Source: an uncultured Gammaproteobacteria bacterium (GTDB lineage: Bacteria > Patescibacteriota > Patescibacteriia > Magasanikbacterales > UBA922). From it: a DNA stretch of 64,000 bases. The notes under the pieces were generated by a model. It saw only the letters and a list, made by a program, of their open reading frames with translations. It was not told the DNA's origin and did not search any database. The translations under genes were made by a program, and so were the position numbers. Below are positions 38,381 to 47,456 of the stretch, one piece after another (position 1 is the stretch's first letter; each line of letters opens with the position of its first letter). Where the stretch lies: the NCBI GenBank assembly GCA_964345045.1, contig CAYFPM010000003.1:6038-70037 (forward strand), written 5' to 3'.

Positions 38381-38629
38381 CTAAAACTGTCGATAATACT
38401 CACCAATTTTTTTCTTTTTCAAATCAAAATCTTGCCAGTAGGTATCTGATTCTTTATCTAGTTTGGTTTTTAAAAACTTTTTTTTGAATAGTTTGGCCAG
38501 TACGGTTGTAATTCCAACTCCCAAAAAATAAACAACAGACAACAGTACAGAATTAACAAAAACTGCGATTGACTTGGCAAATAATTCCATGCCCTTTCTA
38601 AATTCTTTTAATATCTGCTTAAAGTTCAT
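38381..38629 (-). CDS. small membrane protein co-transcribed with carbamoyltransferase (SxtJ-like association)
   Basis: 82 aa with one TM; the call rests on position only. Confidence 0.3.
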   Translation of the reverse strand: MNFKQILKEFRKGMELFAKSIAVFVNSVLLSVVYFLGVGITTVLAKLFKKKFLKTKLDKESDTYWQDFDLKKKKIGEYYRQF

Positions 38630-38632
38630 AAC

Positions 38633-38827
38633 TTACAAAACTTCTTCTTTTAACCAATACCCCACAGCCGCAATTATGGCTGTAATAATAGCCAAGTCAT
38701 AAATATCCCAAGTTTGTGGCAGCTTGTCCAAAAAAGTAAGGATAAAATAAAGTACTGTAGTAAAAATCAAATATCCAAACAAAAAACCAATTCCATTTGT
38801 AAAACTTAATCTTGATTTTGTATTCAT
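38633..38827 (-). CDS. small two-TM membrane protein
   Basis: 64 aa hydrophobic; tightly packed between a GT2 and the carbamoyltransferase operon. Confidence 0.3.
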   Translation of the reverse strand: MNTKSRLSFTNGIGFLFGYLIFTTVLYFILTFLDKLPQTWDIYDLAIITAIIAAVGYWLKEEVL

Positions 38828-38828
38828 A

Positions 38829-39677
38829 CTAACTTTTTTTGAAAAGTGAAGCTAAAAATCCCAAACTCAAAAAAGCCAGACCAACAAAAAAGAAAGTCAA
38901 AGCTACTACAATGGTCCCAAGAGAATGAACCATAACTCCTAGAACAAAAAAAGCCAAAGCTGCTAAAAATGGGAAAAAAGACAAAAGTAAAAATAGCTTA
39001 ATCGGGTTGTACCTAGCAATAATCTCTACCATGATTTGCATGGTACGCAAAGAATCTTGAAAATATCTTACCTTAGATTTTCCTTTTCTAACTTCGTAAT
39101 TAATTGGTACATATTTTACAAAGTAGTGTTTCAAAAAGAAAATCAGAGTTGAAGAAGTTGTAAAAGAAAATTTATTGGAAAGTTCTGGTAAGTGCGGTTT
39201 GATTACACTTTTTCTAATTACTCGAAATCCAGAATTAATATCTGGAATTCTATTACCTACCACAAACTCACTCATTATTTTGAAAAAAAATCTAGCGATT
39301 CTTTTGGTTAGGTTTGGGATATAAGCTCTACCTTGTCTCGCACCTACTACCATATCTATCCCTTTGTCAAATTCACTAACTAACTTTGGGATATCTGCTA
39401 TTGGGTAAGTTGCATCAGCATCTGTAATTACCACACATTCGTTTTGGGCAGCCTCTATTCCTCGTTTCAAAGAAAAACCATATCCCATGTTGACTGGGTT
39501 ATTTATAACTTTGGCTTGATAATCTTTGGCTATTTCTTCTGTTTTGTCTAGAGAAGCATCGTTAACTACAATCACTTCAAAATCTCTATCTATCAATACA
39601 GACTTTAATTTTTCCAAAACTTCAGCAATACCTTTTTCTTCGTTGTAGGCCGGGATCACAACCGAAACATTAGTCAT
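38829..39677 (-). CDS. family-2 glycosyltransferase with C-terminal TM segments (Dpm1/GtrB-like)
   Basis: VSVVIPAYNEEKGIAEV ... VVNDASLD ... ITDADATY. Confidence 0.8.
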   Translation of the reverse strand: MTNVSVVIPAYNEEKGIAEVLEKLKSVLIDRDFEVIVVNDASLDKTEEIAKDYQAKVINNPVNMGYGFSLKRGIEAAQNECVVITDADATYPIADIPKLVSEFDKGIDMVVGARQGRAYIPNLTKRIARFFFKIMSEFVVGNRIPDINSGFRVIRKSVIKPHLPELSNKFSFTTSSTLIFFLKHYFVKYVPINYEVRKGKSKVRYFQDSLRTMQIMVEIIARYNPIKLFLLLSFFPFLAALAFFVLGVMVHSLGTIVVALTFFFVGLAFLSLGFLASLFKKS

Positions 39678-39680
39678 AAT

Positions 39681-41096
39681 TTAATTCTTAATATTTCTCT
39701 TATATAAGCGAAGTTTACAGGTTTCTATAAAAAATTCAAGGCCAAACCCCAAGAGTAAAAATAAGGCTGGAAAAGATGGCATACGGTAACGTACATGGCT
39801 GGCCGGCCCCAAGGTAAGGAGGATAAAATACAAAGAAAGTGCTACTAATAAAACTAACTTGTAACCATACTTTTGCCAATTGTTTTTGTTTGCAAAACTA
39901 AAGAGTATGAGTAGATAAATAAGTGACCAAAGAGCCAAACTAAAAAATAAAATAGCTTGAAAGATATCAAATTTCTTAAAAACATTTATCAAGCCAAGAG
40001 GCCCTTTGGTTAGCAGTGTTTCTGTATAACTCACCCGCGCTATTTTTCTTTCTACTCCCATTACATCTTCCAGTATATATTCATACCCTGTTCCTAGCAT
40101 AGCTGGCACAGCCGAAACTGTATAAAATTTGGCAACAGACAAAGGATCTTTTTTTATAATTTCTTTGGTTTCTTCTACTAGTTCATCGTAGTATTTAAAA
40201 TTATTTATAACATCTTCGTATCTGTAATCTGGAGTTCGTTCTACAAATCTTTGCCAATGCAGTTTGGCAGCATCTATGTAACCCAAATTTTCTTCTTTCA
40301 TTACAACTATTGGCGCTACCCTGGCAAAAAGCATAAACGAATCAATGTTTGTAATTTTGCTTCTACCAAAAGTTTGTTCTTGTCGCAAAAGCCATGGAGA
40401 CAAAACTAATACAAAAACCAAAAGCAGTACAAATGTATGAAAAACAAATTTTTGCCAATCTCTAACTTGAAATAACAAATATCTGATTGCCAAAAGTATA
40501 ATTATAAATATTGGCAAATACAAAGCTACAGGTCTTGTAAGTACCAACAAACCAAGCAATACTCCGGAAATTATTATGTCTTTGCAATTTTTTGTTTGTG
40601 AATAGTAACGACCAAAAAAATAAATAAATAAAATTAGTAAAAAATTAAAGAATGTCTCGGTAGTAGCCAAAACAGCAGTCATAAGCATGTATGGCTCGAA
40701 AATATAAATAAGACCTACAAGCTTACCAACTCGCTCTGAAAAAAACATTTTGCCAATTTGATAAAGCAAAACAGCAGAAAAGCTAGCCAAGATATTTTGT
40801 AAAATTATAATTGCCCAAATATCTGAACCGGGTATTAATTTGGCCAATACCAAAAATATAGGATAAAGCGGTGTCCGATAAGCACTAGGCATTCCATCTC
40901 TGCTAAAGCCTTCGCCAATAAGCAAACTATCTGCCAAGTTCAAATAACTATGGGCATCCTCGTTTTCAAACCACAAAATTGATTCACCAAATTTTTGGTA
41001 TAGAAAAATGCTTACTAAAAGATGAATTAAAAAAGAAGCTACAAAAATTTTGGTAGCAAATTGGTGTTGTTTTAAAAAATCTTTAATCTTATTCAT
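39681..41096 (-). CDS. GT-C fold membrane glycosyltransferase (PMT_2/ArnT-like), paralogue of the N-domain of 60042..62681
   Basis: FENEDAHSYLNLADSLLIGEGF ... RTPLYPIFL closely parallels GNSDTHGYLSLAENIAKGNGF ... RTPLYPLYL in the other protein. Confidence 0.55.
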   Translation of the reverse strand: MNKIKDFLKQHQFATKIFVASFLIHLLVSIFLYQKFGESILWFENEDAHSYLNLADSLLIGEGFSRDGMPSAYRTPLYPIFLVLAKLIPGSDIWAIIILQNILASFSAVLLYQIGKMFFSERVGKLVGLIYIFEPYMLMTAVLATTETFFNFLLILFIYFFGRYYSQTKNCKDIIISGVLLGLLVLTRPVALYLPIFIIILLAIRYLLFQVRDWQKFVFHTFVLLLVFVLVLSPWLLRQEQTFGRSKITNIDSFMLFARVAPIVVMKEENLGYIDAAKLHWQRFVERTPDYRYEDVINNFKYYDELVEETKEIIKKDPLSVAKFYTVSAVPAMLGTGYEYILEDVMGVERKIARVSYTETLLTKGPLGLINVFKKFDIFQAILFFSLALWSLIYLLILFSFANKNNWQKYGYKLVLLVALSLYFILLTLGPASHVRYRMPSFPALFLLLGFGLEFFIETCKLRLYKRNIKN

Positions 41097-41097
41097 T

Positions 41098-41907
41098 TTA
41101 TTTTTTCAAAACGGCAGTAGAACCATACCCAAAATTACGCATAATTGACCATGCTCGCATTTTGTCTAAAAATTTTACAAACGGCAAAAGAGAAACAAAA
41201 AATGGTAGACAAATAGTACTGGCTTCGAAATGTTCTAACTTAAAACCAACTTTTCTAAAATGTCTTTTCATTACCCAAGGATAACGGAATATATGGATAA
41301 GATCTTTGTTCCCTACATAACCTTCGTTGGCTCCTTCGCCAAATATGCCAAACAAAATTTTGAAAAATCCCCAAGGAATAGCGAGCAATGATCTTTTGGA
41401 TTTTTCCCAAAAACTACCATGACCAACTTGGATCATGCTACACAGATTAAGCGCAGAAGGAAGTGCAATTACTGCTTTTTTCTTGGTAACTCTATAAACT
41501 TCTCTCAAACCTTTGTGAAAATCTGGCAGATGCTCTAGCACATGAGAACTAACAACGGCATCAAAACTATTGTCGGGAAAAGCCAAATTTTCGGCATCGC
41601 CTACCATAAAATTGGTTTTGTCTTCTACTCCCCAATCTTTGGCCAACTTCTTGGCAGCCTCTATATTTGGAGCAGATATATCTACCCCGGTTACTTCTAT
41701 CCCCTCTTTGGCCAAAAGGCAAGACAAAACTCCATCACCACAACCCGCATCTAGCACCATTTCACCTTTGTAAATTTGTCTAATTACAGATTGGTATTGC
41801 GATATATGCGCATAACGACGCAACGCATTTTTCGAAGCAAACCGCTTGTCATGAATATGGTCAGCGTATTTGGTATAAATTTCTTTGTTGTCTTTTGTCT
41901 GAGGCAT
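41098..41907 (-). CDS. class I SAM-dependent methyltransferase with C-terminal hydrophobic tail
   Basis: VLDAGCGDGVLSCLLAKEGIEVTGVDIS motif I. The track ORF starts at a TTG two codons upstream of the ATG. Confidence 0.75.
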   Translation of the reverse strand: MPQTKDNKEIYTKYADHIHDKRFASKNALRRYAHISQYQSVIRQIYKGEMVLDAGCGDGVLSCLLAKEGIEVTGVDISAPNIEAAKKLAKDWGVEDKTNFMVGDAENLAFPDNSFDAVVSSHVLEHLPDFHKGLREVYRVTKKKAVIALPSALNLCSMIQVGHGSFWEKSKRSLLAIPWGFFKILFGIFGEGANEGYVGNKDLIHIFRYPWVMKRHFRKVGFKLEHFEASTICLPFFVSLLPFVKFLDKMRAWSIMRNFGYGSTAVLKK

Positions 41908-41920
41908 AAGCAAGTTGTTC

Positions 41921-41937
41921 CTCCCCTATTAGGGGAG
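41921..41937. repeat. CTCCCCTATTAGGGGAG palindrome (left boundary of DUF559 cassette)
   Basis: Identical to the palindrome at 7842..7859. Confidence 0.5.
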
Positions 41938-41951
41938 GTTAGGAGGGGTCC

Positions 41952-42338
41952 TTATATAGATAAATTTTTTATATAAAAGATTATATCATTAATAACATTA
42001 TCAAGCTCGTATTTAATTTGTTCATTCCTGTATCTCAAAACAAAATATCCGTTTTGTTGTAAATATTTTTGTCTAATTATATCTTTCTTTTTATTTTCTT
42101 TTTCTGCATGTATGTACCCATCTATTTCTATTATCAATTTCAACTCATGAGAATAAAAATCTACAATATAATAATCAATGTTAAACTGTCTTCTAAATTT
42201 AACCCCCAGTTGTTTTGCTTTTAATTTATACCACAATATTTTTTCCGCTTCAGTTTGACAAGTTCTTAGACACCTTCTTCTTTTTTTAAAAGATGCTTTA
42301 TTCTGGTAACGACCGATTGATTTCATATTGACCCCCAC
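41952..42338 (-). CDS. DUF559 (Vsr/Mrr-like restriction-endonuclease-fold) protein
   Basis: TEAEKILWYKLK ... FRRQFNIDYYIVDFY ... LIIEIDG ... RQKYLQQNGYFVLRY matches the DUF559 layout. Confidence 0.6.
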   Translation of the reverse strand: MGVNMKSIGRYQNKASFKKRRRCLRTCQTEAEKILWYKLKAKQLGVKFRRQFNIDYYIVDFYSHELKLIIEIDGYIHAEKENKKKDIIRQKYLQQNGYFVLRYRNEQIKYELDNVINDIIFYIKNLSI

Positions 42339-42341
42339 TTA

Positions 42342-42360
42342 CTCCCCCTGATAGGGGGAG
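42342..42360. repeat. CTCCCCCTGATAGGGGGAG palindrome (right boundary of DUF559 cassette)
   Basis: Near-identical to TCTCCCCCTAATAGGGGGAGA at 7938..7958, including the preceding CCCCCxCTxxxCT context. Confidence 0.5.
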
Positions 42361-42362
42361 AA

Positions 42363-43523
42363 TTAACTTTTACTCTTATAATTCTCTATAATCTGTTTAA
42401 TTGTTACATCCCAACTAAACGTAGACATAACTTTGTTGTAACTAGCTTCACCAAATTCTTTTCTTTTTTCTTCATTTGAGAGCAACTCATTAACTTTGTC
42501 AGCCAAATTTTGTTTCCTTTCTTCACTTGTATCCATTGGGGCATCATAATCAGAATTTTCCCAATCAACTAGTTTCACCAGATAGCCCGTTTTGTTATCT
42601 TCTACCATTTCCAAATAACCACCAACTCTACTGGCAACAAGTGCTTTTTTCATAGCCATAGCCTCTAGACAAGCCAAACTGGTTGATTCGGCAGTAGAAG
42701 GAAAAACCACAACTTTGGCCAAAGATAAATAACCTGGAACCAGTTTGTTTTCTACTTTTCCAACAAAATCAAAATGTTTTCTTACTCCCAATTCTTCTGC
42801 TCTTTGTTTGAGATATTCTTCTAATTGACCATAACCAACCAAGACAAATTTTACATCTTTGTTTTTTTCTACAATTTTTGGGCTAGACTCTACCAAAAAT
42901 TGTATTCCATTTTTAGGAACCAATCTTCTTACAGTCAAAACAACTTTGTTGTCTTTGTATTTTTCTTCCAAATCAGTTGGTATTTCGGTCTTTTGAAAAG
43001 TTTCTAGATCAACGGCATTTGGAATATACTTAATCTTTTTTTCACTAGTATATTTTTTGGCAATGTCTACAAAATCTTGGCAAGAAGCAATTATATAATC
43101 GGAAACTTTTAGCGAAAACCATCTGTAAAAACTATGTACCAATCCATAAACAAAATTATTTCCAGGTAGATCAAGAATACCTCTTCCCTGCAAAGTTATG
43201 GCAAATGGTTTTTTCTTGAAAATATTATAAATCCCGGCGTAAGCAGCAAACTTGTGCGAATATACTGCATGGATTATATCGACTTCGTCCAAAAACTTTT
43301 TAAGTTCTTTATAAAATTTAATCTTGCCTTTTAGCCCTTTGCCAAAATCTACTCTGGTGGTATTGAAATCATCCTGGTAATCTTTGGTGTTTTTTTCGTC
43401 TAGTGTAAACACACTTACTTCATAACCACTTTTTTGTAGATACTTGGCCAAATTGTAGGCATAAACTTCTGCTCCCCCAATTCTTGGCAAATACCAATCA
43501 ATTACAATTCCTATTTTTTTCAT
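42363..43523 (-). CDS. family-4 (GT-B fold) glycosyltransferase
   Basis: Glycos_transf_1 layout; a C-terminal domain with an EAMAMKKALVAS-type motif. Confidence 0.8.
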   Translation of the reverse strand: MKKIGIVIDWYLPRIGGAEVYAYNLAKYLQKSGYEVSVFTLDEKNTKDYQDDFNTTRVDFGKGLKGKIKFYKELKKFLDEVDIIHAVYSHKFAAYAGIYNIFKKKPFAITLQGRGILDLPGNNFVYGLVHSFYRWFSLKVSDYIIASCQDFVDIAKKYTSEKKIKYIPNAVDLETFQKTEIPTDLEEKYKDNKVVLTVRRLVPKNGIQFLVESSPKIVEKNKDVKFVLVGYGQLEEYLKQRAEELGVRKHFDFVGKVENKLVPGYLSLAKVVVFPSTAESTSLACLEAMAMKKALVASRVGGYLEMVEDNKTGYLVKLVDWENSDYDAPMDTSEERKQNLADKVNELLSNEEKRKEFGEASYNKVMSTFSWDVTIKQIIENYKSKS

Positions 43524-43525
43524 AC

Positions 43526-44479
43526 TTACTTTATATTATTTTCCTCAAACCATTTTATAGTTTTTTTTAAATTACTTTCCAAATCATGACTAGGATTGTA
43601 ATCAAAATCTTCTTTTGCTTGGTCAATATCTGCCAAGCGACGACTAATATGATCCCAGCTCCGTCTATCTTTATACTCTATATTAGCTTGATTATTTGTT
43701 AATTTATTAATAGTCTCGGCAAGCTCCTTTATAGTTACTTCCTGTCCCGAGCCAATATTATATATCTTTCCTTTACTTTTGTCAGATGAGGCTGCCAAAA
43801 TTGTACCTTCTACTGTATCTTCTATATAGGTAAAATCTCTTGTTTCACTGCCATCACCAGTAATTATCAAAGGTTTGCCAGACTTTGCCAAAGCAACAAA
43901 ATTGGGGATTACGTTTCTATACTGCCCGGGTCTCTCGGCCGGTCCATAAGAATTGAAATAACGCAATACCACAGTATTCAAACCATGATGATCATGAAAA
44001 AACTTGGTGTAATGTTCTCCTAATAATTTGCTAATAGCATAGGGAGTATCCAAGTTTCCAGGATTGTTTGATTCTTTCAAAGCTCCTTCGGCATTGCCAT
44101 ATACACAAGAAGAAGAAGCATAGACAAATTTGTCTACTTTTTTTTCTATACATTTTTGCAAAATTTTTAGTGTTCCGAATCCATTGGTTTGCAAATCTTT
44201 TTCGGGGTGGTCTACTGAATTTTGATTGGCAAAATGAGCTGCCATGTGAAAAACAATATTTATTCCATTTTCAAAAGCTTTTGCCAAGGTAGCATCATCG
44301 GCTACTGAACCCCGAACAAAGTTTACTTTGCTTTCATCTATATTTTCCAAAAAACCAGAACTAAGATCGTCTACAACTACAACCTCGCTAGGTTTGTACT
44401 CAAACAATCTATTTACCAAACGACTACCAATTGCTCCAGCCCCGCCCGTCACAAGTATTTTTTTGTTTTCTAATTGCAT
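43526..44479 (-). CDS. NAD-dependent sugar nucleotide epimerase/dehydratase
   Basis: KKILVTGGAGAIGSRLVNRL ... YASSSCVYG ... YAISK catalytic Tyr-Lys. The start is taken at ATG 44479 rather than the extended ORF. Confidence 0.8.
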   Translation of the reverse strand: MQLENKKILVTGGAGAIGSRLVNRLFEYKPSEVVVVDDLSSGFLENIDESKVNFVRGSVADDATLAKAFENGINIVFHMAAHFANQNSVDHPEKDLQTNGFGTLKILQKCIEKKVDKFVYASSSCVYGNAEGALKESNNPGNLDTPYAISKLLGEHYTKFFHDHHGLNTVVLRYFNSYGPAERPGQYRNVIPNFVALAKSGKPLIITGDGSETRDFTYIEDTVEGTILAASSDKSKGKIYNIGSGQEVTIKELAETINKLTNNQANIEYKDRRSWDHISRRLADIDQAKEDFDYNPSHDLESNLKKTIKWFEENNIK

Positions 44480-44480
44480 A

Positions 44481-45035
44481 TTACAAATATTTTTCCCAAT
44501 CATTAACAATATTTTTATAAAAATCTTGCACAATTTCCTTACTTTTATCAAACTTTAACTTTTTTATTTTGTCTAGTTTTCTTTGCATATCTTTTTTTGC
44601 ATTTCTATTCAACGCCCAAACTCTGTATGCTTCATAAAGTTTTTTGTCAGCATAAAAAGAAATAATATCTGCATCTTCAATTATTTCTGCTTCAATTGAG
44701 TTTACGTTACCTGTAAAAAAATTTTTCAATAATTCTGATTGATAGTCTTTTAGATTTAAAGAATTTACAAAATCCTCACAAACCACCCAAGCCAACTCTG
44801 CATGTCTTTCTTTTAAAGTTTCTTCATCTGCTTCATAAGTTTTACCAATATCATGAAGAAGTCCTCCTATAATTAATATTTCCTTATCACATTTCATTGC
44901 TTCAGCAATTTTTTCAGATAATTCGGCTACTTTTAAACTATGGTTATACATGATTGTCCAGTCATCAAAACTATAATGTGGTTTCTCTTCAAATGCCTTT
45001 TTTATATAGTCTCTTGTTTTTTCTATGTTACTCAT
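44481..45035 (-). CDS. HD-domain phosphohydrolase
   Basis: IIGGLLHDIGKT HD motif. Confidence 0.55.
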   Translation of the reverse strand: MSNIEKTRDYIKKAFEEKPHYSFDDWTIMYNHSLKVAELSEKIAEAMKCDKEILIIGGLLHDIGKTYEADEETLKERHAELAWVVCEDFVNSLNLKDYQSELLKNFFTGNVNSIEAEIIEDADIISFYADKKLYEAYRVWALNRNAKKDMQRKLDKIKKLKFDKSKEIVQDFYKNIVNDWEKYL

Positions 45036-45037
45036 AA

Positions 45038-46252
45038 TTATTCCCCCAACAAATAATAATCCGAGTCTAATTTCCTATTACTCCACAAATTCTTGGTATC
45101 AAAAATCCATTTTTGTTTGGACAAATCAATTTCTTTGTAAACATCATGATCGGTTACCACTACAATCCCCTCTGCTTTTTGCAAAAACTCTTCAAGTGAA
45201 ATAAGTTCGTGTGCAAAATTTTCTACCAAAGCATCTGTTACCACAACCTCGAAACCTTTTTCTTCTAAACCTTTTATAATAGTCGTGGCCGGAGTTTCGC
45301 GAGAATCATCTACATTTTTTTTGTAAGCTACTCCCAAAACACCAATTGTTTTACTATCGTGTTTGTTGGCAATATCACTCACCTTCTCTACAATTTTTTG
45401 TGGTTGATTATCGTTTATATTTCTACTATTTGTAATAAGCTTGGAAACACTTTCGTTGCCAGCAGTAAGAAACCAAGGATCAATAGCAATACAATGTCCA
45501 CCTACGCCAGGACCTGGGGTATGTACATTTACTCTAGGATGTTTGTTGGCAAGCTCTATTAATTCCCACACATTCGTGCCAAATTTTTCTGCCAAATCTG
45601 CCAATTCGTTGGCAAAAGCAATATTTATATCACGATAAGTATTTTCTACCAACTTTACCATCTCCGCGGTTTTGCAGTCTGTCAAAAACATTTCTCCTTT
45701 TACAAAAGATGAATACAGCTCTTTGGTAGCGTTTTGACTTTTTTGATCTATACCACCAATAATACGATCATTGTTTATCATTTCGTCTATAGTATTGCCC
45801 GGGATAGCTTTTTCCGAAACATAGGCCAAATCAAAATCTTCTCCTGCCTGAAGATTATTTTGTGCCAAAATTTTTCCCAAAACATTTTCTGTTGTTCCCG
45901 GGGCTACGGTTGATTCCAAAATTACCAAATTTCCTTTTTTCAAAATTGAGAGCAAAGCTTCACCAGCTTTTTTTATATAACTATCATCACAAGTTTTGTC
46001 TGTTTTTACTGGAGTAGGTACCGCAATTACAAAGACTTCTGCCTCGCTTAAACTAGTAGTAGGTGTAAAATTTGTTCTTGCTTCTGCAAACAATTCTTTC
46101 ATTCCAACCTCTTCAAATGGAAGTTCCCCTTTTTGCAAAGTATTTATTTTGTTTTCATCAATATCATAACCAAAAACCTTGTGACCATTTTTGGCCAAGA
46201 GTAAGGCTGTTGGCAAACCAATATAACCAAGTCCAATTACACAAACTTTCAT
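45038..46252 (-). CDS. wecC: UDP-N-acetyl-D-mannosamine dehydrogenase-like (UDP-sugar dehydrogenase family)
   Basis: MKVCVIGLGYIGLPTALLLAKNGHKV; located directly downstream of the wecB-like gene in the same operon. Confidence 0.7.
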   Translation of the reverse strand: MKVCVIGLGYIGLPTALLLAKNGHKVFGYDIDENKINTLQKGELPFEEVGMKELFAEARTNFTPTTSLSEAEVFVIAVPTPVKTDKTCDDSYIKKAGEALLSILKKGNLVILESTVAPGTTENVLGKILAQNNLQAGEDFDLAYVSEKAIPGNTIDEMINNDRIIGGIDQKSQNATKELYSSFVKGEMFLTDCKTAEMVKLVENTYRDINIAFANELADLAEKFGTNVWELIELANKHPRVNVHTPGPGVGGHCIAIDPWFLTAGNESVSKLITNSRNINDNQPQKIVEKVSDIANKHDSKTIGVLGVAYKKNVDDSRETPATTIIKGLEEKGFEVVVTDALVENFAHELISLEEFLQKAEGIVVVTDHDVYKEIDLSKQKWIFDTKNLWSNRKLDSDYYLLGE

Positions 46253-46264
46253 AGTTTAATAGTA

Positions 46265-46320
46265 TTCATCCTGAGCGTCAGCGAAGGATCTCTTCGGACT
46301 AAGGCTAGGATATTTCTTCC
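46265..46320. repeat. partial copy of the GTCATCCTGAGCG repeat family
   Basis: TCATCCTGAGCGTCAGCGAAGGATCTCTTCGGAC shares the left terminus and GAAGGATC core; no matching right arm. Confidence 0.35.
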
Positions 46321-46334
46321 GACTTTAATCAAAA

Positions 46335-47453
46335 TCAAGACAGTTGATTAAAATCATTAATTAAAATATCTACAATCTTTTTGGCGGCATCCCCTTTTCC
46401 ATAAAGAGGTTTCCAATCATGATTTTTTTCGAGCATTTCTTTGGCACCTGCCAAAATATTTTCCGGTGTTGTCCCGACTATTCTATTGTAACCATGATCA
46501 ACTGTTTCCGGACGTTCGGTATTGTCTCGTACGGTTATACATGGAGTTTGCAAAATACTAGCTTCTTCTTGCAAACCACCAGAATCGGTAATAATCAAAG
46601 CAGCATTTTTTTGTAGATGCAAAGATTCAAAAAATCCAACCGGTTCAATTACTTCTATGGTTCCCGGAATAATAATCCCTTGATCAGCAATTATTTTTTT
46701 GGTTCTAGGATGCATTGGGTAAATTATTTTCAAACCAGTTTCTTTGCCTACCAAATCAATCCCTTCCAAAATCCCCAAAAGTCTTTTTTTGTCATCCACA
46801 TTTTCTTGACGATGAGCAGTGACTACAATATATTTTTCTTTTTCCAAACCAAGCTTGTCCAATATATCCGAACTTTCGGCTTGTTCTAGGTGGTGCATCA
46901 CAGCATCTACAATAGTATTGCCTGTTACATGAATTCTGTTTTGTTCATTGGCTTCGCGAAGCAAATAATCTTTGGCTTTGTCGCTAGGCGCAAACAAAAA
47001 ATCAGCCATATGATCGGCATGAATACGATTGATTTCTTCTGTCATACCACGATCAAAACTGCGAAGGCCGGCCTCTACATGCCCCAATTTCATTGGCATG
47101 TTTATCGGGTTGGTTTTTAGTTTGCTCACAGCAATAGAGGCTGCCAAAACAGTATTGGTATCTCCCTGTACCAAAACTACATTGGGTTTTTCTTCTAAAA
47201 GTAATCCTTCAATTTCAATTAACATTTTACCAGTATGCTCGGATTGTCTAATCGGTGAACTAGATTTGATTGCCAAATTATATTTTGGTTCTGGAAAACC
47301 AAGTTGCTCATAAAAAAGTCTATCCATTTCGTACGAATAATGCTGCCCGGTATGTACCACAAAATAATCAAGCTCTGCTTCTTGGCAGGCTCTAATAATT
47401 GGACTCATTTTTATTATCTCTGGTCTGGTTCCCAGTACAAAAGCAATCTTCAT
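46335..47453 (-). CDS. wecB: UDP-N-acetylglucosamine 2-epimerase (non-hydrolysing)
   Basis: MKIAFVLGTRPEIIKMSPI ... VTAHRQENVDD ... HPRT signatures. Confidence 0.85.
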   Translation of the reverse strand: MKIAFVLGTRPEIIKMSPIIRACQEAELDYFVVHTGQHYSYEMDRLFYEQLGFPEPKYNLAIKSSSPIRQSEHTGKMLIEIEGLLLEEKPNVVLVQGDTNTVLAASIAVSKLKTNPINMPMKLGHVEAGLRSFDRGMTEEINRIHADHMADFLFAPSDKAKDYLLREANEQNRIHVTGNTIVDAVMHHLEQAESSDILDKLGLEKEKYIVVTAHRQENVDDKKRLLGILEGIDLVGKETGLKIIYPMHPRTKKIIADQGIIIPGTIEVIEPVGFFESLHLQKNAALIITDSGGLQEEASILQTPCITVRDNTERPETVDHGYNRIVGTTPENILAGAKEMLEKNHDWKPLYGKGDAAKKIVDILINDFNQLS

Positions 47454-47456
47454 AAT

